From the NCBI GenBank assembly GCA_976551045.1, contig CDPCPM010000160.1, positions 1,550,001-1,614,000 of the forward strand: 64,000 nucleotides of DNA, written 5' to 3'. Made by a program: the position numbers and the translations under genes. The notes under the pieces are model-generated. The model was given only the letters and a program-made list of their open reading frames with translations. It was not told the DNA's origin and ran no database searches. How positions within the stretch are numbered: the stretch's first letter is position 1; the number at the start of each line of letters is the position of its first letter. This document shows positions 53,901-64,000 of this stretch, one piece after another. The DNA comes from Glaucostegus cemiculus (taxonomy: Eukaryota).

Positions 53901-56900
53901 TGGAATGTTTCTCAGCACCCAGAAACTCGGGCAGTACTAACTGAACATCAGGAAGCGCGGACGGTAATAAACCTGTGTGTGTAAGATTCCACAGCTGGAG
54001 ATACGGAAAACAGCAATGCTTGAGCCAATTCTGACAATTTAAGTAACAGAATGTTCTGGAATGAAGTCAGAAAATTCAGTAGGTCCAGGAGTGCCCGCGG
54101 ATAGAGAAACTGCGTCACTGTTTCAGGTTGCAGATACTGACCCGGGGCAGAGAGTTGGAGAAATCAGTAACGGCGGCCTCGAAATTGAAATGGACCGTCA
54201 CTGGAGACGGAGGGAAAATAGACTGTGGGATTCCTCGACCAGTTCTTGCCGAGGGTCTTCCACTTGAATCGTTAACTCTTTCCCTCTGCACTGATGCTCC
54301 CTGACCGGTTGAGTGGTTCCAGGATTTCCGCTTTTCATTTAAGTTTTCCCCCAGCATCTACAGTTTTCTGTTTCCCATTTTCATCGAGATCAGATCAATA
54401 AACCGGTGAGGAAACGTTACCCTTTGTCTTTAAGCAAACTGCCGGACGCGGGGTCCGCGTGTTCATGTGCTTACGGACTCTGTCTCGGCAGGGCATAGTG
54501 AGAGGACAGTTGGAAGTGCACATGAATGCAGTAATAGCGACTGTTTTCCATGAAGGCAAACCGGTTTTCTGGGAGGATGCCTTGGTGTGTGCAGAATGGA
54601 TTCACTTTGGAGCTTCAGGGAAAAAAAGAGATATTGAGTAGGAAAGCCATGAAATTATGATAATCATTCCTAATACCGTGCTTGGGGTGCAAGTATTGTC
54701 TGCTGTCCCGTGTGCCACACCAGGGAGGATGTGAATGTCTCAGAACCTGCAGAGAGATCTGTTGGTGTGCACCCGGAGGTCAGGGATTTCAATTCCATGG
54801 ATATAGGGGAGTAGCAGGGACTATTCCCCTCGGAACAAAGCAGACTGAGGGGCGACTTCTTAAGGAGTAGATGAAGCCGTCTGCTTTTGTTAAACAATAA
54901 ATGCGGTCGAGTTGTGCGGAAGAGCTATATAGTGCATGACTTGGAACTCACTGCCCACAAGTGCTGTAGAGGAGCAGACAATTATTGATTCTGAAAGGAA
55001 ATGGTGTCGGCCCTTGACTGAGATAATCTTGCAGCACACCGGATAGATCGGGACAATCTTACAGGTTGGCTCACTCTCTGGACAGCAAGCATGAACTGAT
55101 GGGCCGACTGGCACTTCCCCTCACGCACTGAGTTTATGACTTGTGCAGACGTCAGTGGGGACATGGAAATTACCCTAGAAACGGCAAACGTTGAAAATAT
55201 GAAATAAAGTGCCGGAAAACTATTATCTCAGGAAGCACCTGCGGAAAGAGAAACGCTTAACTTCAACTGTTCCCCTCTCCACTGGTGTCCTTCCTAACAA
55301 GCTGGTATTCTCCAATATTTCTGTTTTCATTTCTCCGGACTCTGTAGCTCCCAGGGTCCGCGGTTCACGGGACAACAAATTCAAATGTAAGCTTTAAAAA
55401 GTTAGGTGAAACTGATGAAAACATTCATCAGTCACGCAATCATTGACATTTCCGGTCCGTTTCTCTCTGTGCAAATTATGACAAACCTTCTCGGTGTTTT
55501 TGCGGAAGGTTCTGTAACTACGTCAGATGAAGAGCTTTCCCCGCTGTGTTTTTCATTCTTTTCATTTATTGCGGAATTCTTGGGGGTCTCAGTTTACTCG
55601 AGCGGCTTTGAAATGGTAATTGGACAATATCTAAAAAGAAAGTGCATTCCCCTCGCTGCAATTCGAATTAGAGTTTGTTGTCCAATGGGATAAAGTGCCC
55701 ATTCAAATGGTCTTGAAGGTCACTCAGCTCAAGGGACATTCTGACCATCTGGGCGAAGTCCGGATCCAACAACGACTCGATAAGGAATGCCGCAAAATGC
55801 AGTAGAACCTAATTTCTCCTGAAAGGTTATCAGGAAAATTGATGTATTTTGGGGGGAGATCCGTGCAATGGTTCTGATCCAGATGGATTTATGAAGAATT
55901 TTATTTCCAATTCAGTTCTCGATTTTTCTGCTACTCCTGGGCATGAAGCATGACAGGACGTTTCCCCTCGCGGTGGCCACGGAGTGCACGCCTCCACCGA
56001 CACTGGAGACAGCAACAATGAGAAATCACTTCAGGCCCATTATTTCATCAACAAGTGTTGTTGTCTGTAATTCTTCACTTGTGTTGCGCAAAGGTATCGC
56101 ACGGACTCGGCAGGCATATGCTTCAGAAATCTTTATTGTAGCATGATATGATGGAGAGCCAGACTCCTAAAAGCAGAGTTCCAGCACGCCCAAGAAATTA
56201 CAACCTTTATTTCTATTGCAGCAGTAGGTAACTACAAACATCCAAGAACAAAAAGCAGAAGTGAATAGCAGAAATAAATGGCGGAAGTGAGAAACCATGG
56301 TTTCAGCCTCAGTCTGGCACACATAAGGAACAAAGTATAATTAGATTGCCGCATCCTACGTGGCGGACACACAAAAAAACATCACCATACATAGAGAGTT
56401 GTTTGGCTATCGGCAGAGCAAAGGTTAATGCTCTAGCTCACCATGTGCAGAAATTCGAGCACATTCTCAACTGTCTTTAACATTTCTCCCGCAACGTATT
56501 TTACTCTCCGACCCATTTAAACCTTCCTCGACAATAAACCGTGCGATTCACACACAAGCGCGGTGGACGCTGGACAGCACACCCGTCTTCAGGAAGCAAC
56601 GCCTACCATTTCTCAATTAACAGCAAGAGAAACGGAAAGACTGATTAGCTGATATCTGTTCCCAGAATTGTTTTGGGCAAATTGCAAACTATTATTTTCT
56701 GCCATTTATTTTCTGATGTTTAAAGCTCAATAATGAGCTTGAGGTACCACAAATAATCAAACTTGCACGGATATTGACTCTGTTCACTTAGTTCCTTTCC
56801 AATGCATCACGTCTCCTTATTTCCTCAATTCCATTTTCAGTTCGCAATGTTCACACTCCCGGAGGTTTGTCAGCTGCGGCGATAGCCGGGATTGTGATTG

Positions 56901-59900
56901 GCGTTGTTGCTGGAATTGCCATTGTGGGTGCATTCGCTGCCTGGTTTATCAAGAAATATGCAAGCAGGTATATATGTTTCATTCAATCTTTACCTTCATG
57001 TTGATTATACTCCCTAAGACCTGATGTCCTGAAGTAACCAATGATTTGTTGCAGAATGATTTGCGTCTACTCTATCCTGTCAGCCGACGGTGTGCGTATT
57101 TCTCCCGAAGCTTCCATACTTGTTCGATTTACAGCTGCTCTTTAAATCTGCTCCGCTGTTTGACGGTTAGTCATTCAACCTCACTGCCGTGCATTAGCAA
57201 TCAAGCAATCAAGCACATTCCTCCATGACAGAAGGGGCATTCGGCAATTTCTTTCCCCATATATTTGTGAATGGACTGCTTCACACATACACGGCAGGGG
57301 GACAGCAGCAAACACAGGTCGCGGATCTGCACGTCAGCACTGACTGCTATTGTTCGACGCAGAGCCCTGTATTATTAATCCGACTTCTCTTGTTGAAATA
57401 CCACCATCCGAACAAGAGAAACTGAAGCTGGAGAATATCACAGCCCCTCGAGCCAATTATGCTCTACAATTTGATTGTTGATTTGATCTTGGCCTCAGTT
57501 CAACATATCCCCCATTCTCAAAAGCCCTTCACTCCGCATTGCACCAAGGATTTTTCTCTCTCGGCCGTGAGTATGTTCAATGCTTCCAAATCCAAGGAAT
57601 GACAGAAGCCAAAGATTCACCGCCATTCATTACTCCTCCACACCTTCTGATACAGGTGAAACGTTCTTCTGAAACATGCCCCCATGTTCAGGAGAAGTTC
57701 ACTGTGGGAAACAACAACTTACCCGTCCATACCTGCTCAAAAAGAGGTTTCAGGTTCAAAGACGGTGAGGGCTAACTTGAGCTGACTGAAGAAATCTGAC
57801 CAATGACCATGAACAGCAAAATCATCCCATAGTCCAAGCTGATTCACACCTATCCATCTAGAAGGCGAGAGTGCGTCACTATCTTGTGTTATCTCCACGA
57901 ATCTCAGAGACCATATGTGGAAAGATAAACGTATCGACTTAATATTCTTTCTTCAGAAGTATCGTTATCTGAACATAAATAGGCCGAATATTACAATGGG
58001 AATGTGATTGTTTCTACTTGCGGTTTGATTGACACCTCTGTGCCCAGAGCAGATAATTTGATATCTCTGTTTCAACGTCCTGTTCCCTACTGTCAAGGTA
58101 CAACAATAAATGTGATTTCTGTTGGAATTCCCGTTCACTGAATTAGTCTATTGACCAATCTTTTATTTTCAGAATTCATATTTTGATTCGTGTTTGCTTA
58201 CTTAGGATGAAAGTTGCGGAGATACATCACGGGAGAGGAAAACCAGGAGTAAACAGTGAGTAGAAAGCGTTTTCACAGCTGTCAGTATAAGACGTTGGTT
58301 GGGCCACACTTGGAATATTGTGTGCTGTTCTGTTCACCGCAGTATGGAACGTATGTGGTCGTGTGGGGAAGAGATTCGCCAGGATGTGGCCTGGAATGGA
58401 GGACTTTAGTTCCAAGGGGAGGTTATACGCTGGGATAGTTGTCCGTGGAGTACAGGTGGCTGAAGCTAACCTTTCCAGTTTCACATAATCATGAGGTATA
58501 TACTCACTGACCTTTCCGAACGTAAATGAACGTGGATCAAGAGTAAATATGTGAGAAGGAAAATACTGAAAGGAGATAAGAGAGGCACGTTTGTCAATCA
58601 AACTGTGGTGGGTGATTGGAACTGGCTGCCAGAGGAGGTGGTTGAGATAGGTATAATCACAGCGTTCACAAAGCATTTTCACAGGTGTACGTATAGGAAA
58701 GGTAAAGAGGGATAGGATCCAAATGCAGGAACTTAGGATGAAAGTGGATGCGCATTTCTGTCGGCATGGTTTCGTCGGGCCAAATGGCCTGTTTCGCGGC
58801 TGCAATACTCCATCACTTCATGTGACAGGAAATACAAAGGATGTTGCTGCGCAGATCCGTGGACCTCACAGAGATGCTCGTATAATTCTTAGAGTCAAAA
58901 ATGTGAAAGAGGCAGTCGGAATCATGCGGTGTCCTGGGATGGCTTAAACGGCCGCAGAGACGGTTATATTCCAGTGAGAAGAAGTGGCGTCAGGGGAGGT
59001 GACTGAGGGGGAATATTTCTGTATAGAGTTGCTACAGTCTGGAATGTTGCTCCATTTTTCAGTTTTGTCGCCCGTCAGTCTTCAAGGTTGCAAGACTCTG
59101 AAGCGGAATTGAGTAGCGGTTGAGTTTGCCCGGTGAGGTCCATCTTCTGCATAACTAAAATGTACAATGCTTGACCTGGCTGTGCACTGAACTGGATCGG
59201 TGCCAACTTCTCAAGGATAACAAGGATCTGCAAATCCTGCCACCGAGAAGGAGAAGAACAGGATCAGACCTTAAGTTGGTCAAATCTACAGGGCTTGTGC
59301 GAAAGGGGCGGAACTCATGAAATTGGTGTGATGCGCTTCCAATGTATCCAACAGGCGTTCCTCCGTAGGTGAAAACTACTATTGAATCTGTTTGCTCAGA
59401 TAAATAAACGTGTTGTATTCCCACAGACACCTTGGCTACCGATGTTGCAGACTCGGCACAGACGTATGAAAATATGCCAAGGAATCAGAAGGTTAGTACA
59501 AGTGCATCATGATGACATTCTAATCAACATCATTTTTATATACATAACGTAGAATGTTGATGTAGAACATAAAAATAATTCCTCCTACAGCAGTTGTGGA
59601 TTGGGGTCAGCAGACTGGGGTCCTTAGGAATATATATCTATAAAACTTGCATTCTTCCTTTTCATGTTCGAATTCACTCTCCTACCTCAGAACAATCTTT
59701 AACACACGTTTGGATAAGGAATACGCAGGAATAGGAAGCCTTAAGAGGGCTCTGGGCCAAATGCGGGCAGTCAGGACATGATCGTTGGCTCCTTGGTCAG
59801 GATGGACCAGTTGGGCCGAATGACCCGTCTCCATGCAGTAAGATTGTATCGCTCCGTGACTCTATGAATCGTTGGGAATGGTCATGATCAGGTGTAGCTC

Positions 59901-60563
59901 GCCAACTGACTTCACTATCAAACTATCGTAACACTGGACTCTCTAATAATTTGGTTAATGACACTTTGTGGGTCCACATCTGTGAGCGAATTGCGAAACA
60001 AACTCTATCTGTGTGTAGACTAGGTTTTTGGTACAAATTTGTTTAAAGCCGCAATGGATGTGAACACTGCTTCCTTTAGGTTTCATTTGGAGGAGAGATA
60101 ATGACATTCTCTGTCTTGTCGGTTGATTCATTCAGTATTTTATTATTTTCCCATCAACAGAGTAGCGCTCACCCGACCGATGAAAACTCCACTTACATGG
60201 TAAGGGAATTGTGTTTTATTCTTTTGAGGCAAATACTTCTATTTTCCCCGTTTCGAACCAAACCCAAACGTAAACCACTCTATCACGGGAACCCCCTTTA
60301 ACACATGGCAAGTTCACAGCTGATCCTATCTCCCACGTACACTTTCCGGCCCGATCCTCATGTACGCCGATTCACGCACTGTCCGAGAGCCTATCGGTCT
60401 CAGCGCGGAACACTCTCAACGTCTTCTCTATGATCTTATTGTACACGTCTGTCAATGTCTGCTTCTGCTAATATTTGTTTGCGAATCATAACGACCTGTT
60501 CATGTTCAACAGGGGCTGGTGTTGGAAGACCGATCACTTTACAGCGACCTAAGGAGGAATTAG
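29912..60563 (+). CDS. CEACAM-like gene B, 15 coding exons, 949 aa: SP-N-(A-B)x4-TM-ITAM
   Basis: All exons are GT-AG and phase-consistent; summed CDS is 2850 nt with no internal stop found. Confidence 0.9.
30130..30444 (+). CDS. gene B exon 2, Cys-free IgV-like N domain
   Basis: 315 nt, phase 1-1; NGSLLL...DSGEY, no cysteines. Confidence 0.94.
33930..35030 (+). mobile_element. degenerate CR1-type LINE fragments
   Basis: Remnants similar to the CR1 RT C-terminus (aagtgtgatgtcatgcacttc; ggccacttctggaatgctgtgcagttt). Confidence 0.55.
35429..35704 (+). CDS. gene B exon 3, IgC-like A1
   Basis: 276 nt, tttgacag| ... T|gtaagt; LTC..W..FVC. Confidence 0.92.
36336..36599 (+). CDS. gene B exon 4, IgC-like B1
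   Basis: 264 nt, tttag| ... G|gtaggt; FSC..SNP.AQFQW..GNYTC. Confidence 0.92.
37200..38340 (-). mobile_element. degenerate CR1-type LINE RT fragment
   Basis: Similar to 13900-14600 (acatccactgccctaccctcatc; atcccatcagggcctggggac). Confidence 0.7.
39600..39790 (-). mobile_element. SINE fragment (V-SINE-like)
   Basis: Reverse complement of cacagctacagagacccgggtccaatcctgacctc, which is box B-like. Confidence 0.5.
40638..40679. repeat. perfect 21-bp tandem duplication
   Basis: gttaagatgcagagagaggtg x2. Confidence 0.9.
40932..41207 (+). CDS. gene B exon 5, IgC-like A2
   Basis: 276 nt, taacag| ... T|gtaagt. Confidence 0.93.
43007..43270 (+). CDS. gene B exon 6, IgC-like B2
   Basis: 264 nt, ttttag| ... 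G|gtatgt; YGPEN...FSC..W..YAC. Confidence 0.93.
44997..45272 (+). CDS. gene B exon 7, IgC-like A3
   Basis: 276 nt, caacag| ... T|gtaagt. Confidence 0.93.
45420..45725 (+). mobile_element. elasmobranch-type SINE remnant (family uncertain)
   Basis: gcagctggggaatttaaattc...aacggtgacca...ggggaaggaaa...tgtgactccagaccc resembles a common shark SINE core; a related partial copy lies near 47290-47430. Confidence 0.5.
46814..47074 (+). CDS. gene B exon 8, IgC-like B3 (absent from the ORF track)
   Basis: 261 nt; YGPDRPNITTDPDSPPYLAGSTVTFTCSAGSRPVANLDWYLNG...GNYTCQAFNN; ttttag| ... G|gtatgt. Confidence 0.93.
51010..51170. repeat. purine-rich (GGAGA/GCAGA) low-complexity tract
   Basis: Directly visible. 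Confidence 0.8.
52110..52750 (-). mobile_element. CR1-type LINE 3' fragments
   Basis: ALEEAQSRFTRLIPG and LESLGLYSL..RR (ORF 52388-52918) are CR1 ORF2 C-terminal motifs. Confidence 0.75.
52846..53121 (+). CDS. gene B exon 9, IgC-like A4
   Basis: 276 nt, tttacag| ... T|gtaagt. Confidence 0.93.
53209..53466 (+). CDS. gene B exon 10, IgC-like B4 (YGPENVRILPQ...LTC..W..DSGNYTC)
   Basis: 258 nt, gtttgcag| ... A|gtaagt. Confidence 0.93.
56841..56967 (+). CDS. gene B exon 11, transmembrane (GLSAAAIAGIVIGVVAGIAIVGAFAAWFIKK)
   Basis: ttttcag| ... AG|gtatat, phase 1-2; closely resembles the CEACAM1 TM start GLSPGAIAGIVIGVV. Confidence 0.93.
58206..58255 (+). CDS. gene B exon 12, cytoplasmic (MKVAEIHHGRGKPGVN)
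   Basis: cttag| ... A|gtgagt; phase 2-1 as required to join exons 11 and 13. Confidence 0.72.
58262..58810 (+). mobile_element. CR1-type LINE 3' fragment
   Basis: YKTLVGPHLEYCVLFCSP motif and CR1 3' UTR. Confidence 0.8.
59427..59491 (+). CDS. gene B exon 13, cytoplasmic (NTLATDVADSAQTYENMPRNQK)
   Basis: cccacag| ... AAG|gttagt, phase 1-0. Confidence 0.88.
60161..60199 (+). CDS. gene B exon 14 (SSAHPTDENSTYM)
   Basis: caacag| ... ATG|gtaagg, phase 0-0. Confidence 0.9.
60513..60563 (+). CDS. gene B exon 15 (GLVLEDRSLYSDLRRN*)
   Basis: ttcaacag|, phase 0; TAG at 60561-60563. Confidence 0.88.
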   Translation, partial: GLVLEDRSLYSDLRRN

Positions 60564-61709
60564 CGCAGAAAGTTTGTGAAGCGATACAAAATGTTGTTTA
60601 AAAAGGAAAAAATGCATTCTTATTTCTGTCTTTGAAACATGGACTATAGAATGGACAGAAACCTGCCACAAGTTCCCTGCGACTATTATATGACAGACAT
60701 CATACAGTGTGGGCTGGAGACAGGTGCAGAGAGACAATGAACATTAGTGGAACAACTTTACTGAACCGGTCGCTGTGTAAAACTTACAACTTGACAGGAA
60801 ATATGCACTTTCAGGACACCTGAGAAAGTTACGGAGCATCCCGTCGTGTTTAACTCCATCAGTTAAAACTCCACATACGTTCCGACTGAGAACCAGAACA
60901 CCACACCTGTGATGCAGAGGGATTGGTTGGTTTATGAATCGCGAGGATAACACAACAAACCAAGGAAGTTTCCGCATCATAATGCCTCTATCATGTTTCC
61001 ATTACAACCGTTCTCCGTGTCACTCTCGGTTCTTCCAGTCTGTCTCGCTGTCATATCCCCTTCCAACCCTCTCCTGGTTGCCACTCACATTTCCCCCACA
61101 TCATTCCCGTACAAAGTGGATCCTCTCCCTTCTTGATGCAGATCATAGACTGGTCCGTCCTTGACCGCTTCCGCCGTCCACTTCCATAAACGAAACGAAG
61201 CGTCGAATTCAAATTGTTGGCGAACCAGACTCTGTGTTTCCATTGGCCAGGATCTTCTTCGAGCCGCTCATGTGTTGCCGCTACGCAGTCATTCCGGGTA
61301 TAATGACCCCATATTTTCTGTGTTTCCGAGGAAAAGATCGCACTCTCAGCGAAATCTGATGCAGCGTGAGTGATAATTTATTCAACACAACATCAACAGA
61401 TATTTTACTGCACAGTGTCCAGCCTCGCCTGTCTGGGCGCAGTGTTCTGACGTCTTTCTCGACAGCAATGAGAACTTGGTTTCATTACTCAGAACCATTG
61501 GATGCTGGAACTTCCATCCTTTCTGTGTCCACCTTCCGACAAATGAGAAGACTGGAAATTCTGCTGCCATCCTCACTTTACCCTCAATGGGAGACACAGC
61601 GAAAAATGCGAATGTGAATGTTGCGTTTCCGTAAACGAAACTGGAAAGCACAACAACGAGTTCGCATGCCACAGGAAGTCAAATATTAATAATATTTTCT
61701 TATATTAAT

Positions 61710-63590
61710 AAGAAAATATGAATATAAGCAGTAGGGACAGGAAAAGGACATATGCCCCATGACCCTTCTCCGCCATTCAATAAGATTGTGACTGATCTGG
61801 CCTTGGTCTCAGCTCCACCTGCCATTTCCCCATAACCCTTAATTCCCCTACTGTGCAAAAATCTATCTAACTATGCCTTAAATATATTTGATGAGCTCGT
61901 CCCTCTGAATCCCACAGATTCTCTACTCTCGAGGAAAGCAGCTTCTCCTCACCTCCGCCTTGAATTTACTCCCCCGAATCTTGAGGCTATGCTCTCTTGT
62001 TTATGTCTCACATATCAGTGGAAAAAACCTTCCTGACTGAGCACTCTTATCTCTCCCTTTCATAATATGTTTCTTTCAGATGCCTTCTTATTCTTCTGAA
62101 TTCCTGGGAGTATAATTCGAGGCAATTCAATATCTCCTGACAGGCTAAGCCACTCAACTCGGGATCACTCCAGTGAAACTCCTGTGCACCTCCTCCAATG
62201 CCAGCAGATCTTTTCTCAACCACGGGGACGAGAACTGCACGGAATATTCCAGGTGCCGCCTGACCATTCCCGTGCAGAGTTCCTCCCTGCTCTTAAATGC
62301 AAACCCTCTTGCAATGAAAGCCAACATTCGATTTGCTATCATCAAAATGTGTTAGAACTGCAAATCAACCTTTTGCGATTCATGCAATCACGTCCCCTTG
62401 CTCAAAGGCATTTTGCAATATTTCACCACTAATTAATAACCTTGTATTCTTCTTTTTCATCCGAAGTGGATGACATCGCATTTACCAACATTGTACAACA
62501 TCTGCCAGACCCTTGCCGACTCACTTCACCTATCGATAACTTTCATTTCCTTATTGCTTGCTTAGTGTTTTTTTGTTGCTATGTAACGTTTTCATAAACT
62601 TCCAGTTTCCCACGACTCTTGGAGACTTTGTATGCACGAGATTTCAGCTTGATGCCTTCTTTAATTACCTCAGTTTCTCAAGACTGGCTCCACCCTCCCC
62701 CCTTAACTGCCCTTGCCTTTAACGGGAATATACTTCGGTTCAGCACCATAAAATATCTCTTTGAAAGTCTTTCACTATTCCTCAATTATCCCACCATACA
62801 GCCTGCGTTTCCAGTCCTTGCTCATTCCGTAGTAGTCTCCCTTGTTCGGGGAAAATACACCGGTTTATGATTGAACTGGTGCACTCTCCAGTTCTATGTG
62901 AAATTCACTCATGCAATGATCACTCTTTCCAAGAGAGTCCCAGACAACGTCGTTAATTTCAACAGGCTGAATGCACAGGAGCAGATCAAAGACAGCATTA
63001 TTCCTCGTAGGTTCAATAACATGCTGTTCAAGGAAGCTCTTATGCATGCATTTTATGACGTCCTCCTAAATACTGCCTCGACCAAATTGATTCGCCCAAT
63101 CTATGTGGAATTTAATGTCCCCATAGACACTTGCCGTTCCATTCTGACATGAATGTGATATTTCTCAATTTATTGCTTGTGCCACTGTCATGTTATTACT
63201 CAGTAGCCTATACACCACTGGCACCAGCGATTATTATCCTTTACTATTCCTAACTCTTCGCAGATGGACTCAATATTCTGCTCCGTTGATTTCATGGCAT
63301 CTCTCACTATCGGCCTGATCTCATTCTTATTTAAAAGCGCAAACCTACTTCCCTTTCAGATAAAGTGCCCTGACTCTCATTGTCTTTTTTATAATCCAGT
63401 AAATCCTTGTGTCCTTTGCATTTGAATTTACTGTACTCCATTCTCACTTTTCTCTTTACTAACTTTTCCTCTGGTCTCTCCTTTACTTCCCGCTTTCCTT
63501 ATGCATGGATTCCCATCCCCCTGCCATATTAGTTTCAACCCGCCACAAGAGCACTCGCAAATAATCCCCCGAGGATATTGATCCCCTCCG
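61710..63590 (-). mobile_element. degenerate, internally deleted CR1-type LINE
   Basis: HLEYSVQFSSPWLRKD.LALEEVHRSFT (62154-62345), FLEQHVIEPTRNNAVFDLLL (62865-63047), and 3' tail near 61710. Confidence 0.85.
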
Positions 63591-64000
63591 GGAATAAGTT
63601 GGCTTGTGTTTTGTACTTCAATGCAAGGGGTCGAGGAAATGAAGGCAACGTGATAAATGAACACAGGTACGTATTTGTATGACAACCTGGGCACTCTGAA
63701 ACCTGGTCGATTGATGAGCAGGTGGAGAACCACAGCATTGTTGGTGACAGGTTTCCGACAAGGTGGAGAAACAGGTGTTGGAATAAAAGCGTGCTCATTA
63801 TGAAATGGCAAGGTGCAGTATTTGACAGGCGAGTCCCTCGGCGGAGCGCTGTAAATGTTCGAGTTGCACAGGACTCAACAGCAGGTTCCTTGCTCGGTTA
63901 CAATACATGCGTCACTCCATTTGTATCATTAATATTAATTGCAAATAGCTGAGGCATTGTGTGTCACCCACGTACTGATGGGCGGACATCGGGCCGAGAC

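Noticed and set aside
58227-58805. Longest ORF (192 aa) as a standalone gene
   Set aside because: It is the antisense reading of a CR1 3' fragment.
1-64000. Prokaryotic-type systems (operons, CRISPR arrays, defence islands)
   Set aside because: The sequence is a spliced vertebrate locus. I saw no repeat-spacer array and no long intronless genes.

Overview
This is eukaryotic, intron-rich vertebrate DNA. The repeat content (CR1-type LINE fragments, tRNA-derived V-SINE/HE1-like SINEs, Penelope-like ends) suggests a cartilaginous fish, possibly a ray or sawfish; this is an inference. Nearly all ORFs in the supplied track are spurious or are pieces of exons. Manual exon reconstruction shows two head-to-head, inverted paralogous CEACAM-like immunoglobulin-superfamily receptor genes whose ATGs lie about 5.06 kb apart. 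Gene B (+ strand, 29912-60563) has 15 coding exons and encodes 949 aa by my count: signal peptide, Cys-free IgV-like N domain, 8 IgC-like domains in four A/B pairs, a CEACAM1-like transmembrane segment, and a tail with YENM and a canonical ITAM (YMGL-x7-YSDL). Gene A (- strand, 24852 to about 1248 or 938) has 13-14 exons, three A/B pairs and the same ITAM. It carries two 1-nt frameshifts, one destroyed splice acceptor and a lost core cysteine, so it is a pseudogene or a truncated/alternatively spliced receptor. Exon coordinates were read by hand from splice sites and phase; repeat boundaries are approximate.
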